From: Octopus vulgaris
Lineage: Eukaryota
Length of the DNA: 64,000 nt
Reading direction: 5' to 3'
Assembly (NCBI GenBank): GCA_951406725.2
Contig: OX597822.1
Location: 39,184,001-39,248,000 of the forward strand
The notes under the pieces are model-generated. The model had not been told where the DNA came from. It worked only from the letters and a program-made list of their open reading frames with translations, and did no database searches. Every line of letters starts with the position of its first letter. Within the stretch, counting starts at the first letter, position 1. A program made the translations under genes and the position numbers. Of this stretch, positions 14,600 through 30,381 are shown in pieces.

Positions 14600-15294
14600 G
14601 TTCTCCCTCTTTCTCTCGACACTTAGGTTTAGTGTCACTTGGTTAACTTCTGCATCGGCTGCGAAACCACGACTGTCGCTTTTATTGTGCTTGGGTTTTC
14701 CATGTGTTTCACTAGTGTTACTGGTTGTGGTAGCGTTGGTATTTATCTCTGTTTTGATTTTTAATTTCTTTGCTTTCGTTTTGTTCACAAAAAGGGGAGG
14801 GGAGGAAGCATTTCTTCGTACGCCTCGATTTGGAGGCGGTTGTCCTTTCCAAAACTGGAGGCCATGAATAAAACTAAATAATTGAGCGTTAAAACTCGAA
14901 AAACAATGCACAAATGAAGACTGGAAATTAAAAATTCGCCCCGAAAGGGGCGAACTTGTATAGACAAAGAAGAAACTTCCCCTGCTAAGCAGGTTCAGTT
15001 AAAATGGCTACAAGTGTTCAACAACAGAATTACATCCGTTTGTGTGACAAGAAAATACCAAAACTTACGAACTCAGAAAAAACACGACCGTTCGCAAGCC
15101 GAACCCTCATAGGTTGTCGTACGACAGGAGAGTCTGTTATACAAGGTCGACTTTGCCTTTCATCCTTTCGGGGTCGATGAATTAAGTACCTGTTACGCAC
15201 TGGGGTCGATCTCATCGACTTAATCCGTCTGTTTGTCCCCTCTGTGTTTAGCCCCTTGTGGGTAGTAAAAAAATAGGAGAGTCTGTTATGATTG

Positions 15295-15325
<31 letters not shown>

Positions 15326-15396
15326 TGTATGTATGTATGTATGTATGTAGGTATGTATGTATGTATGCATGTAATGTACGTATGTATGTATGCATG

Positions 15397-15435
<39 letters not shown>

Positions 15436-15462
15436 TTACATATATATATGTATATATATATA

Positions 15463-15510
<48 letters not shown>

Positions 15511-15736
15511 GAATTTACCTAAAAAAACAAAAGATGAAGACGGGTGTGTAAATAACAAACAGATGTATTAGTTTAACGCTCAGGGAGTGAGAAAGTCTTT
15601 TACATTTCGAGCCTATGCTCTTCGACAGAAATACTTAGGGAGAGAAAATAAAAAAAAGGTTTAGTGGCAAGCGATCTATCATGGCGAATGCCGGACAGAA
15701 GGGTCACACACACACAGATATATACATATACATATA

Positions 15737-15821
<85 letters not shown>

Positions 15822-17307
15822 GCATTCCCAAATTCGAGCCCCGCCCAAAAGGATCGAAAATATAATTGAAGACTTAATTTTAAAAAAATATTATTTTTTG
15901 GGTTTTGTATTTAAAATTAAAAAAAAAGAAATCTTACCGTGGGACTGACTGTTTCACTCGATGAAAGATATATATATATATCAGATACGTCTACACTGTC
16001 GTTCAATACTGTATGGTATAGTGGTATATAACATGAAACTATTTTCTTAGAATTAACAGTCTTTGTCGCCTTCGTCTTGCCTAGTATAAGGTCGGTAGAG
16101 ACTTAGCAGAGGATAGCAACAGTCAACGAGTTATCGGAACGTAACTCAATGAATACATAACACATAAATGCCAGCTACCCATGTAGAAATTTCTATAATA
16201 AACTATTCTGACGCGCACGCACACACCTAGACACATACTTACACACACAGACACACAAACACACACACATACACACACACACAGACACACTTGTTCTCTC
16301 TCTTGGTCTTCCTCACGCTTCACCTTCACAAAATCGAATTATGAATGTCATTTGCAACATTCACGACAATAAACAACAACAACAACAACAGCAACAAAAA
16401 CAACGTACTTCGCTGATGAAAATTGATGGTGGGCGGTGTAATAAGTGTTTCTGCTACAATGCACCGGAAAGTTGTTGCTTTGGATAGTTTAATATTTAAA
16501 AAGAAGCGAATGTTTATCATTATTAAACTCGGAAGCCTCACAGCAACAATAAACACCAGTAACAGGGCAACAGCAGCCATTAAACACTTCGTCGGTTTCT
16601 ACCCCCCCCGCTCCCACCTCCATCGCTGTCATCACCATCACCACCACCTCCACCACCACCACCACCACCACCTCCATCACCGTCATCACCACCACCATCA
16701 CCACCGCCACCACAAACTCCGGCTTGCAGCGGAAACACGTATAGGTCCTGACAAAGAAAATGTGATTAAACTGTATCATAAAACCTGGATGTCTAAATCT
16801 CTGTTCTCCTGATGTTTTTTATACAAATACACACAAACACACACATGCGCATACGCACACACACGCGCACACACGCGCACACGCGTGCACATACACGCAC
16901 ACAAGCTTACATACACACACACACACTTGCATTCGCGCGCACAAGCTCATATGATAACAAGCTCCACTGATTCCACACCCAGATGCACTGTCACCACCTA
17001 TTTCCTGTCCAACTGAGAAACTGTTTTCACTCATGTAACTGCTGTCGCTTAATATGCAATGCTATATACATCGTGACACCACGTAGCCTTCCTCGACTAA
17101 CTGCTGCCCATCTACCAATAGCCTTCTTGGACTTCCTGTACCTCTCTGTTCATTCGTATTTCCCACCAGCCAGAGGAGACGCGCCCCGTTAGGGACTTGC
17201 GAAACTTGAAGTAGCGCGGAATCCGAAACAAAAAAAACTATTTTGAATAATACATGTAACTCTCAATAAATGCGTTGAGTGCCCTTCCCCTTGTTTGTCC
17301 GCTCGCT

Positions 17308-17341
<34 letters not shown>

Positions 17342-17507
17342 TACGCACACGCACACGCACACACGCACACACGCATTGTACATTCACATATGCTACGAGA
17401 TAGGTAGCTGACCTCTAAACAGTGCATGGCTTTTGTTTCTGTACCATAGAGCAATATCATGTCTGTTATGTTTGCACCGAATTGATGTTTTTATTAGGGT
17501 CTTCCAT

Positions 17508-17838
17508 CCGTGCGTAGACAGGATGCCGAATGCGCTTTTGCCGAAGAACAAGAAGCCGAACGGAAACAATGTCGAACGGACATAAAGCCGAACGGACACA
17601 ATGATAAAAAAAAAACAAACATAACAACATTCCTACCTACATAGTTTAATGACCATTTCATCTGTCAAATGGTCATATTGTGGGATAAAATGATTATCAT
17701 ATATTTAAATTTTCGTTAGTCTTTTCAGCATCTTGTCCGTTCGGCTTTATTTCCGTTCGGCATTGTGTCCATTGGGCTTCTTGGGTTTGGTTTCCTGTCC
17801 TTCGGTAAAACTGCATTCGGCATTCCGTCCGTGTACCG
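17508..17838. mobile_element. MITE with ~15-bp tandem subterminal repeats and a probable 6-bp TSD
   Basis: GCCGAACGGA(A/C)A units at left are mirrored by TCCGTTCGGC units at right. Flanks TTCCAT / TTCCAC. Confidence 0.7.
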
Positions 17839-17917
17839 TTCCACCAGTAGTCCTTGTTTTTGACAAGCCTTTGATGTATACGTCCGGGCAGTCCTTCCTA
17901 CGGATAGCGTTATAAAA

Positions 17918-18130
17918 TGGCGGCGAGCTGGCAGCAGCGTAAGCACGCTGGACGAAACGTTTCGCGGTATTTCGCCCGTCGCTCTGTTCTGAGCTCAAAA
18001 TCCTCCGAGGTCTACTTTGCCTTTCATCCCTTTGGGGTTGATAAATTAAGTAAGAGCTGTGTACTGGGGGTCGCTCTAATCGACTGGCTCCCTCCCCCAA
18101 AATTTCAGGCCTTGTGCCTATAGTAGAACT
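17918..18130 (+). mobile_element. SINE family A, representative copy (others near 3.3, 7.5, 15.1, 23.7, 35.5, 37.9, 38.2, 38.7, 45.6, 46.5 and 52.1 kb)
   Basis: GGCGGCGAGCTGGCAG..GAGTTCAAAT B-box-like head. Core GACTTTGCCTTTCATCCTTTCGGGGTCGATAAATTAAGTACC resembles the Meta/MESC SINE domain (from memory). Confidence 0.85.
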
Positions 18131-18202
18131 GATTATAAATAGTCTTTACAACTATATCGTACTCCCAGGGGAAGGTAGTATCCTGTATGTATGTTATATA
18201 TA

Positions 18203-18590
18203 TAGGCGTAGGAGTGGCTGTGTGGTAAGTAGCTTGCTTACGAACCACATGGTTCCGGGTTCAGTCACACTGCGTGGCAGCTTGGGCTTGTGTCTTCTAC
18301 TATAGTCTCGGGCCGACCAAAGCCTTGTGAGTGGATTTGGTAGACGTAAACTGAAAAGAAGCCCGTCGTATTTATATGTGTGTATGTGTGTATATGTTTG
18401 TGTGTCTGTGTTTGTCCCCCCACCAACATCGCTTGACAACCGATGCTGGTATGTTACGTCTGCATCTTAGCGGTTCAGCAAAGTACTAGGTTTACAAAGA
18501 ATAAGTCCTGGGGTCGATTTGCTCGACTAAAGGCGGTGCTCCAGCATGGCCACAGTCAAATGACTGAAACAAGTAAAAGAGTAAAAGAGT
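18203..18590 (+). mobile_element. SINE family B, full-length representative (others near 3.5, 3.9, 8.7, 11.5, 12.1, 20.0, 44.4, 50.2, 55.7, 59.1 and 59.5 kb)
   Basis: tRNA-like head GTGGCTGTGTGGTAAG..GGGTTCAGTC, CORE-like CCTTGGGCAAGT in most copies, internal (TA/TG)n, tail GAAACAAGTAAAAGAG. Confidence 0.85.
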
Positions 18591-18969
18591 ACGTGTGTGT
18601 GTGTGTGTGTGAGTGTGTGTGCGCGCGCGCGCGCGTGTGTGTGTATGTTTGTATGCAGTTATATATGCATACACTCTCAGTGGAGTTTATGTTTTCAACT
18701 GCCATGAATCCTTGTCAGGGAGCTTGGAGAGTGTTTGTGGACGGATGAGTGAATTTTGATGTTGCTCAAAGGTGTACAGAACCAGTATGATGCAGCAGGG
18801 ATAAGCCAGCTTATGCTGTCTGGCCCCGCTGCTGATATTCGGAGCTGCGTTCTATGCCTTGACCCGAAAATAGAACGGGGCTGGGAAATGAATGGAATGC
18901 CTGGTGTGTGTCTTGCTGTGGCTACTCCTCCTAAAAAAAGGGGGAATAGGTCTGGGGATATGATATCAC

Positions 18970-19049
<80 letters not shown>

Positions 19050-19484
19050 TCATATATATATGTATGTATGTATATTTTATATGCGTGTAAATGTTGATGT
19101 AATATCTACTAACTAAGAAGATTATGAAACAGCTGTAAACAATGGAATAAACATCTATTCTCAACCCCACTTTTCTTATCTGTTATGCACCCCCACGCAT
19201 ATGCATACTCAGGCGTACTCCCCATTTTTTAGGTCGCAGTAGTCACAACAGGAAACACGCCAGGCGTTCCATTCATTTCCCAGCTCAAAGAGGCGATCCC
19301 CGTCCTATGCCCAGGACAAGGGCACAGAACGCAACCCCTAATATAAACAGCGAGGCCCGACAGCATATGCTGGTTTATCCCCGCCACATCATGCTGTTTC
19401 CGTACTCCTTTGAGCAACATCAAATTCACTCATCCGTCCACAAATTTTCCTATCATTTATAAACTCTCTTATAACCCCCCACCT

Positions 19485-19574
<90 letters not shown>

Positions 19575-20389
19575 AGCGTGTGTGGATACATAATGTTCTA
19601 GGTATGACATCAAACTGCATTCAGTGGTGGGGTTCCAGTTTGGGAGTTCTGTAATTGTGGGTAACACACTGCGACCCCTTAATTACAATTACTCCCCGAC
19701 CCGTACTGAGCCGGAAAGGTAATACATATCAATGTTCCATCTATGAGTTAAATAGATTTCACTGGAGTAGAAGAGACTTCCGTAATTTTTGACAAAGCCG
19801 TGGCTAAGACAGCACTTCTAGGAGATAAAGATACTCCGACATAATACTTGCAGTCAAGATTGTACAAGTGGAAGCGGGAGAAGCATTTATAGAGCTTTGT
19901 TACTGTCTGATCAGACACCGACTTCTGCATTTTGAAACAGTGTGAAGCAACGCTCTCGGCACATAACTGTTACTGCTGTGTAACTAAGAAGTTCGCTTCG
20001 CAGCTATGCGGTTTCGGGTACAGTCCCACTGCGTGGTACCTTGGGCGGGTGCTTACTATTACAGATCCCGGTTGACCGCTGCCTTATGAATAAATATGAT
20101 AGTTGTAAACTGAAAGGAGCCGTCATTGATATTGTATATATATATATATTTAGTTAGATAGATAAAGAGACAGCTAAGGTGTCGAAACTATGATAATATC
20201 CGTGGAGCAGCTGATGATGGAGGTATGCCTCTTTTTGTAAAGGTGGAATAGTGTTATGACACATTCTTTTGATATATATATATATATATATATATATACT
20301 CCTTCTTCCCTTCTTTCCTGAGCGTCCAATAATACTTTATTTGTTCCACATCCTTGCGTTGTTGTTTTTTTGTTTTCTTGTTTGGATTA

Positions 20390-20462
<73 letters not shown>

Positions 20463-20754
20463 TGTATTATTATTAAAGCTGCCAAAACATGACAAAAATA
20501 TTACAAAAAACTGCTACTCAGGGTTTCACGTTCCCGTTCGTCGGACACTTTAGAGATTAAGAATAAGATTCTTAATCGAAACTGTCCGACGACGCGAAAT
20601 TCTGAGTAGCAGATTTTGTGATGTTTTGGCAGCTTTAATAAAATAATAATAAAGCATATTACTCTACCTCACATTTACACGCTTACTTTGCTGTACATAC
20701 ATACATACATACATACATACATACATACATACATACATACATACATACATACAT

Positions 20755-20807
<53 letters not shown>

Positions 20808-21021
20808 CACATATGTATATATGTATATATATATCGCCATGATCGATCGGTAGCCACTACACCCATTTTTTTCTCTCCTTGTTTTTTTCTGTGTCCCTTT
20901 CTTTAGAAGAGCGTAGGTTCGAAACGTAAAATACTTTTTCAATTTCCTGAGCGTTATACTAATGCATCTGTTTGTCTTATAGACCACATGTCTTCGTCTT
21001 TTGTTTTTTTCGTGAACTCAC

Positions 21022-21105
<84 letters not shown>

Positions 21106-21698
21106 CACACACATGCACACGCACGTACGCACACTTATTTGTTGTGGTGTTGAAATTACTCTCTCTTACCACTTCATTATTTGCACACAGAACAGGACAC
21201 ATAATTTATAGATTTGCAAATTGCAAAACAAGGGTTAGAAATCAAATTGCCCCCCCGACATACACAATGGAATCGTATCCTGTAACTTAATGCGCTACTT
21301 CAAAACCAATTTGTGTATAAAAAAACTATACGTATACACAAGTTAGCACGCGCTTTCATGTATAGACATGCATTTACGAGCACCTGCGCACACACACACA
21401 GAAGTAAACACTCATGTACATAGACAATAGCATATACACCCATATATACATCTGTGAGGTGCATTGGTGTGTTTACTTGCACAAACATATGTTTATGGTA
21501 GAGAAGGGACGTAGGTTGGTGGTTAGAGTAATCAGCCCACGATCGTGTGGTCGTGAGTTCGATTCCCGGCTGCGCGTGGTGTCCTTGAACAAGACATTTT
21601 ATTTCACGTTGCTTATAAGTTGTATATGTGACCTCGTGTGTACCGTTGGCGATTTTTTCTCCTTTGTCTTCCCCTCTCTGGATCTTTCCTTCTCCTAT

Positions 21699-21733
21699 GT
21701 TTCCGACGAAGAGCTCCGCTCGAAACGTTAAAC
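21699..21733 (+). ncRNA. Minimal hammerhead-like motif in a Penelope-derived short element
   Basis: gttt-CCGACGA-A-GAGC tcc GCTC-GAAAC-GTT-aaac. Confidence 0.6.
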
Positions 21734-21829
21734 CCTCCTTCTTTCCTTCTTTCCTGAGCGTCCAATAATACTATATTTGTTCCACGTCCTCGCGTTGCTG
21801 TGTTTTTTTGTGTTTTCTTGTTTGGATTA

Positions 21830-21898
<69 letters not shown>

Positions 21899-22011
21899 TA
21901 TATAACTACCCGTATACACACATAAGCACTTGCTTTCATGTATAGACATGCATTTACGAGCACCTGCACACACACACAGAAGTAAACACTCATGTAACAC
22001 ACACACATATA

Positions 22012-22065
<54 letters not shown>

Positions 22066-22849
22066 TTGTATCTCGTTTTATTTGTTGTGAGTGTGGCGTT
22101 GTTTATGCTTTGTACTTTCCATTGTCGCTACTGTTCATGAAGGTTTCATCACTAGTCTTGGTAGAGCTTCAGGATGAACCCCCTTATGTCGTGTTGCTCT
22201 GCAGTCTCAAAGACGTCACGGAAATTAGGTTTGCCACTGAGCCTAATAAAAGGTATCTAGTAGTGGCATCTGTAATATACCCACCCCAAGCTTGTTCACA
22301 CAATTAGAGAAAGGATATTGGTTCGAAGGGTCGGTAATCTATCAGAGAATCTTCGTCATATCGACATATCAATGTGGTTAAGAAATCCGCACCGCTATTA
22401 AGTGGTCCCATATTCTGTCCCTCTTCAATGCCCATTGAGGAAGTGTCTTTTACTATGCACTCGATTTCACTAATATTTTATGGGAAATTTGGAAGACGGA
22501 GTTAACTCACTTCCAACCTACACTAATTTACGTGCGTTACACTCTTTCAGGCTCCTGGGCCTAATTCTAGCTGGCAAGATGACGTATAGAACTGTTACTG
22601 GTTCTTGGCCATTATTATTTGCTTCAGATCAAGTGATGAGATTCAGTGCTCCGTTGGTCATAGTAGAAGTTATCTAAGGAGAGCAGATATATATGGTACA
22701 AGTTTTCGGCGGTTAAAAATAAAATTTCTTTTGCGATTAAAATTTTTTTTACCATATCAAAATAAACAGTTTTTTAAAGAATGTATTTTCCCCATGTTTG
22801 CAGAGTTTCAACATTACATCTCGTGTTTTCGAGAACAATGATTTTGGAG

Positions 22850-23700
22850 GAACAGTAAATCTTCTCCAATTGATCAAACACAATTTTTTCTCCATTGGTA
22901 AACAGGATGCGGTGTCAAATTAAGCTCCAAACTATAGAGCCATTTTCCATTCCACTATTCACCGATTTTCAAACGTACTGTGAAAGAGAGGTAATAGAAG
23001 TTGTCTCTCTAGATCTGAAGGCGTAAATATGTTGGTTCTATCTGCACTTAAATGTATGCTCTGTGAGTCCACTATATTTTCTCTGAATACAATGTCTATA
23101 TGAACGACTCAAGGGAGCAGTAACTGCTTTGTGTGCAGTTCTGCAAATACAATTTGTTGGTTGGCTGGAGTATTGGGTTGGGGACAAGGGTTGGCTGGTT
23201 ACTTATTTTCGGTTGTGTTCTGTGATATGTTAACCAGTATCGACCAAGAAATAATATCCGGTTTGTTATTTTTCGGTTGAAGACCGTGTGAAATTTATGT
23301 GTAATTGGAAAGTGTTTAACAAATGACAGGATAGTTGTAGCTATGGTAGATTTTTTTCTTTCTATTTAGTATGTTAAACGATATAATATTCCGCTTTTTA
23401 CTTGATCTGCCAGTTTGTAAGAAGTGTTTCTTATAAACAACTTGCAACATAAATTCACTTTTTTGTAGTGAAGCCATGTAATCGAGGGCAGAGGCATTGA
23501 AATTATTCTCATTGAATGGTAAGTTGGCTATTTTTCTACTGATTATATTTACTATTTTTCTTATAATGCCTGATAGTGGCATTTATTTATAGATATTTAT
23601 GTATGTGGTGCCTTCGTTTGGATTTCTGTATGGGTAGTGGTTTTATTGTTCAGTTTTAGTGTTCTACAAAAGAAACCAATGGATCTTGGGTTACACATGA
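22850..23700 (-). mobile_element. Penelope-like retroelement remnant (RT thumb/linker and GIY-YIG endonuclease)
   Basis: ISRKIANLPFNENNFNASALDYMASLQKSEF..KKRNIISFN and KYSGLTEHTFKCR*NQHIYAFR match the typical PLE RKRNIIWFNPP and YIGLTE..FK.R..NH motifs. Confidence 0.75.
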
Positions 23701-24659
23701 TGCAGATGATCATATTATTATTCTTTAATACCCGCCGAGGTCGACTTTGCCTTTCATCCTTTCAGGGTCGATAAATTAAGTAATAGTTGCGTACTGGGGT
23801 CGTTTTAATCGATTGGTCCCCTCCCACCAAATTACAGGCCTTGTGCCTATAGTAGAAAGGATTATTCTTCTTAAATATCCTATTAGGTACTTTCTAAACT
23901 CACCTCTTTTTCAGAATATGTATTGATCATAATCTATCTGTATAATGTAAATATATAGGGCGTTGTACACTTGTTAGTATTTTCTAAAATGAAGAGTTGT
24001 TACCAGAATGTTCATGATCATCCCATTTCTCTATTTAGATGTCGATACAAGGTCGCCTTCATTTTCGATTAAATGTGAGTTGCTGTGAAATAGGATCAAC
24101 CTCCCGGCGTTGATACTAATATCAAGGTTGCTGGTGGTGGTGTATTCTTTTCTAATTTCAAATTTCTATGTCAAATTGGGTAAATATACATGTGCTTTAC
24201 TCTCCAAATTACAATAGTATTATATTTTCATTGAGCTACTATGGTGATATTTATAATTTTGAGATTAATGGAGATTAATTAATTCTTTGGGGACTTGCTT
24301 ATCTTAGGCTTGGGGTAAGTTTAGAAGTTTTCTTTGTGGTTCTCAGGAGAATCAACAGTCTGTATAGCATGATGCTCCATGTGATCTCCTTCTTTTGTGT
24401 TGCTAGAGTTTTGTTTCCAGGTTTATTATATCTTATATATTCAGGTATTCAGGTTTATTTTGCGTTTTGGTCATCAGGTTTAATAGAAACTGTTTGAGTT
24501 GACCAGGACCGCCTAAATAGACACAAAAACAGAGTGGATACAGTGATGCACTGCAATGATGCATGCTCTACATTTGATCTGACCTAGCAAGCCAAGAGCA
24601 ATACTAAAAATACTCCACACTTGACCTGACCGGGCAAGCCAATACAATGCTAAGAACCT

Positions 24660-25249
24660 TGTAATGACTGCCTAAGATTTTAATGGTTTGTGATTGCACA
24701 AAAATCCAAAAACAAAAAATTGAAATTGTTTCCAACATTTTTCGTTCTTCACTATATAAAATAAATATCAAGATGAAGACACACTGGAGCTCTACAACTG
24801 CTAAAAACATATTGAAAATTTGTTTGATAAACCTGTTCAACCCATTCAAATAAAGGAAAAAAAACACAAGATTACAAATATCAATGGCGGAATTGTGAAA
24901 CATTATAATCTGACAGCATAAAAAAACAGAACACGATATATATATGTATATAATCTATATATTTTCAGAAACAATATATACATTAAAAAGTTAGTATAAT
25001 AGAATACAATAGATATACATAACTACATATATTTGTGGCTATAAACTGATTTATACATACATATGGCTACTATTGCATGCAGTTCACAATCAACAGACAA
25101 ATATGAGGTAGAAAAATTGTAACAGCAAACATGACAAAATCTGTATTTATAGCTATACATACATACACACTTACAAATGCATACAAACACACACAACACA
25201 GACATAGATATATATGTGTATGTATATACATGTACAAAAAATATTAATG

Positions 25250-25283
<34 letters not shown>

Positions 25284-25410
25284 TACATATATATATACTT
25301 CCTTGTATAAATATATATGAAACAGCTGTATCAAATATGATACATATTAATGCATTTATGAGTACATAGAAGCACAAACAAAAATATAAAACATTCCAAT
25401 GTATATACGT

Positions 25411-25445
<35 letters not shown>

Positions 25446-25450
25446 ATGTA

Positions 25451-25508
<58 letters not shown>

Positions 25509-25600
25509 CATATCATCATATATATATATATATACAGCCATACATATATATATAGAGACATACGTATATATACACACACATGTATATATATACATGTATG

Positions 25601-25663
<63 letters not shown>

Positions 25664-25746
25664 CATAGCTATATAAAAATAACTATGTATCATATACAGG
25701 CACAAATTTTATACATACATAGATACATACATATATATATATATAC

Positions 25747-25795
<49 letters not shown>

Positions 25796-25842
25796 CATAT
25801 ATATATATACATATACACATATATATATATACATATATAAAC

Positions 25843-25877
<35 letters not shown>

Positions 25878-26016
25878 TGATTCTGTACATATGTATAATA
25901 TAAATATATATACATACATGTACATATAATATATATCTATACATGCATAATATATATATGCATATATGTATGTATATATGTGTATATATGTATATCTGTA
26001 CATGTATACATATATA

Positions 26017-26092
<76 letters not shown>

Positions 26093-26183
26093 GTGTATAT
26101 ATATATGTATGTATATATACATGTATACATATATGTACCTACATGTATGTGTATATATATATATATATACATACATGTATACG

Positions 26184-26217
<34 letters not shown>

Positions 26218-26685
26218 GATGGTGCAGGCGTTAGCACTTTTATATTGCACATGAATTATAAATATATATATAAACCTACATACCTTCAACATATATAAAT
26301 ATACACAGCAGTAGCATGTCATATGCATATCTATATGTGTTATATCAGTATGAGATATACATGTGTATATACATTAGTATCTATAAAATGGTATCTTTGC
26401 ATCTCTCCCCACATTCTTATGATATATAGGTATATATGTACATGAGCACACACACATATATATATACATATATATATGAACCAATAACATTTATGTTTGC
26501 ATGTGTGTATATATTTATATAAATAGTCAGTATTTCATAGATATATTAGAATATATACGTATGTAAATATAAATGTATATATATGTATATATGCTCATAT
26601 ATATACATATATGTACATATATATATATATATATATATATACCTATATATATATATATAAATATACATACATATATATACATACA

Positions 26686-26729
<44 letters not shown>

Positions 26730-26754
26730 CATATACCTATATATATATAGATAT

Positions 26755-26789
<35 letters not shown>

Positions 26790-27135
26790 CGTGTGTAAAA
26801 TGTGATTATGTGATTTTCTTAAGATGACAAATGCTTGTTGCCTAAACACTTGAAACTCTGAGTGGTGACATGTGTGCAGTTAGCATTGAATATATAAAAT
26901 GCACATTTATATAGACATCAACACACACGTACGTATATATATTGATATGCATGGGTATGTATGTGTGTAGAAGTGTATGTATATACATATATTTACATAC
27001 ATGCATACGTTCATATATATATACATATATACAATACCTACATATATATATATATACATACTTATTGTATATATATTGCACTTTATAATGGTATGGGGTT
27101 GAAATGATAATTGTGCCATTATTAAATAAATAAGT

Positions 27136-27202
<67 letters not shown>

Positions 27203-27308
27203 TATACACACACATATAAATATACACACAAATATATCTATATATATACATATACATATATATACTATATATATACATATTTGTATGTATATATATATAT
27301 ATATATTG

Positions 27309-27385
<77 letters not shown>

Positions 27386-27552
27386 GTGTATATATGCATA
27401 TATATGAATCATATATATATATATATACATGTACGCATATACATTTGTACGTGACTCAATACACATATACCCTCATATATGTTTATACACACACACACAC
27501 ACATACACACACACACACACATATATATACATATCTACGTATGTATGTATAC

Positions 27553-27621
<69 letters not shown>

Positions 27622-28260
27622 TACATATATGCATATATGTATATTTATATATATATATATCATGTTTTATATGTGTCCATATTTAAATGTATCTTCACAT
27701 ATATGAATGTATGTGTGCATGCTTGTTTATAACTATAAAATAAGGAAATCACTGTGAAGCGTGTGAAACTAAAAAAAAACTACGTGAAATTTGAAAAGGG
27801 ATTTTCGCTCTAATTGTAAAACATTATGACTAAAGCATAGAAATTTCAGATATGTAACTTAAATAGATATAAATACATACACCTGCATACCCACATATGC
27901 ATAGATACTTACTTACATACATACATACATACATAGATACATACATACATACATAGATACATACATACATACATACATACATACATACATACATACATAC
28001 ATACATACATGCATGCATGCATGCATACATACGTACATTACATACATGCATACACGGACACACACAGAGAGGCTTATTTATACATGTATATATATATACA
28101 TATATATATATATATACATGTATATAAATATACGTATATATATATATATAAACATAGATACATATTTATATATATGTATATATATATATATATATATATA
28201 ATTCAGCATATTTACATATATTCATATTTAAATTTATATTCATACATATATTTTCCAAGG

Positions 28261-28329
<69 letters not shown>

Positions 28330-28809
28330 TATGTATATATATATCAGTCTATCTATCTACCTATCTATCTATCTATGTATTTGTATATATATAAAACGTG
28401 TATGTGTGTGTGTCTGTGTACGTATCATTTACTTTGTGCATTTGTGTACGTTTATTATCCTGTTTATCTCTGTAACTATTTATATATTTATTCATCTCTT
28501 TGTGTTCTTCTATGTATGTATATATTTTCATATATTCATAATACATAGTGGTTAGACTATATTTTATTTACATATTCATAGATCATCAGCTTCATGAAAG
28601 TAATTTATCGTCTGTTTGCCATACTGTCATGGGTTCGACGTATGGCTACATTTCAAAACATATTATTATTAGTGAATATGAAATGGGGTAGATCTAAACG
28701 CTATTATCCCTATATATATATATATATATCTGTGTGAGTCTGTGTGTTATTGTATTCACACACACATATATACGTACTTGTGTGTGTGTGCATGTCTGTT
28801 TATACATAC

Positions 28810-28856
<47 letters not shown>

Positions 28857-29115
28857 CACATATACAGGCACACATAGACATGCACACACATTTACGTATA
28901 TATTTTTTATTGCACATATACTAACTGTGTGTATGTAGATATCCATTTTTGTATCGTTCTATGTTACATGTATATAAATGCACACGGATATGTGTGTGCA
29001 TAAGCAGACGTGATCACATGTGTATATTAATGTTACACACACACACACACACTCACACACATTCATATATACATTTACATATATATCAACATATACCTAT
29101 GTATACGTACTGTAG

Positions 29116-29187
<72 letters not shown>

Positions 29188-29546
29188 CTATACATACAAA
29201 TATATACATATATATATAGATAAGTATGCAAATGTATATATATATATATATCAGAATATTCATTTGTATCTACATATATGTATGTATATGTATATATATC
29301 TACACACGAATACGTTCATATATGCGTAGATCTATATGTATATATGTATATACATACAATTCTACATACATGTACCCGCATATATATATATGTATATATA
29401 TTGATATATATATATACATATGTATATATACATAGATATACATACATACATATGTATATATATTTATACATATGTATATATACATAGATATACATACATA
29501 TGTATATATATATACATACATATGTATATATATATACATACATATG

Positions 29547-29604
<58 letters not shown>

Positions 29605-30322
29605 AGTGCATGTATACATCTTCAGAAAGCTATTAAATCTACGTAAGCAAACCATGATTATAAAATGATCACGTGAATGATTTGTGTACCCTGTACTGTG
29701 TTGATGCAGTTTGTGGTGATGAGGTTTTGCGTGTAGTTTTTGTTGCTTTAATATATTTTGTTGATGGATAATATTTTATTCAATCTTTCATTGTCTCTGA
29801 TTTTAGTCTCTCCTCTGTTTTCCTTCAATGCTGTTCATAATGTACGCTCATCTGCATATATGTATATATGCATATAAGTATGTATGTATTTATATATGTA
29901 TGTATGCACATATATATTTATTTCTATATATATATATATGCATGGATGTGCCGTAATATATACTCGTCGACGTGTTCTTGTCCATCATCCATATACGAAC
30001 ATTCATCTACGTTTCTATATCTCTTGCTCTTCATTCTTCATAATGTACACTCTTGTGTGTATATCGTTCTACATTATCCATAGTATACACTCGTGTATGC
30101 AAAGATGTCTTGTATTATTGTTCATGTTATACACCCGAGTATGTATGACTTTTCTTAAGATATACGCGCGCATGCATGTACGTAGTGCTGTCAGGATGCT
30201 TGAATGTATAAATGTATGCTTGCACGCATGCAGGTTTGTATGTGTGTATGTAAGTGTGTATGGATTTAAGCACATATAAATACACACACACACACATATA
30301 TATATACATATATATGTATATA

Positions 30323-30381
<59 letters not shown>

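Noticed and set aside
16423-16812. His-rich ORF, and the similar one at 57404-57751
   Set aside because: Driven by (CAC/CAT)n repeats, with no recognisable domain or supporting splice structure.
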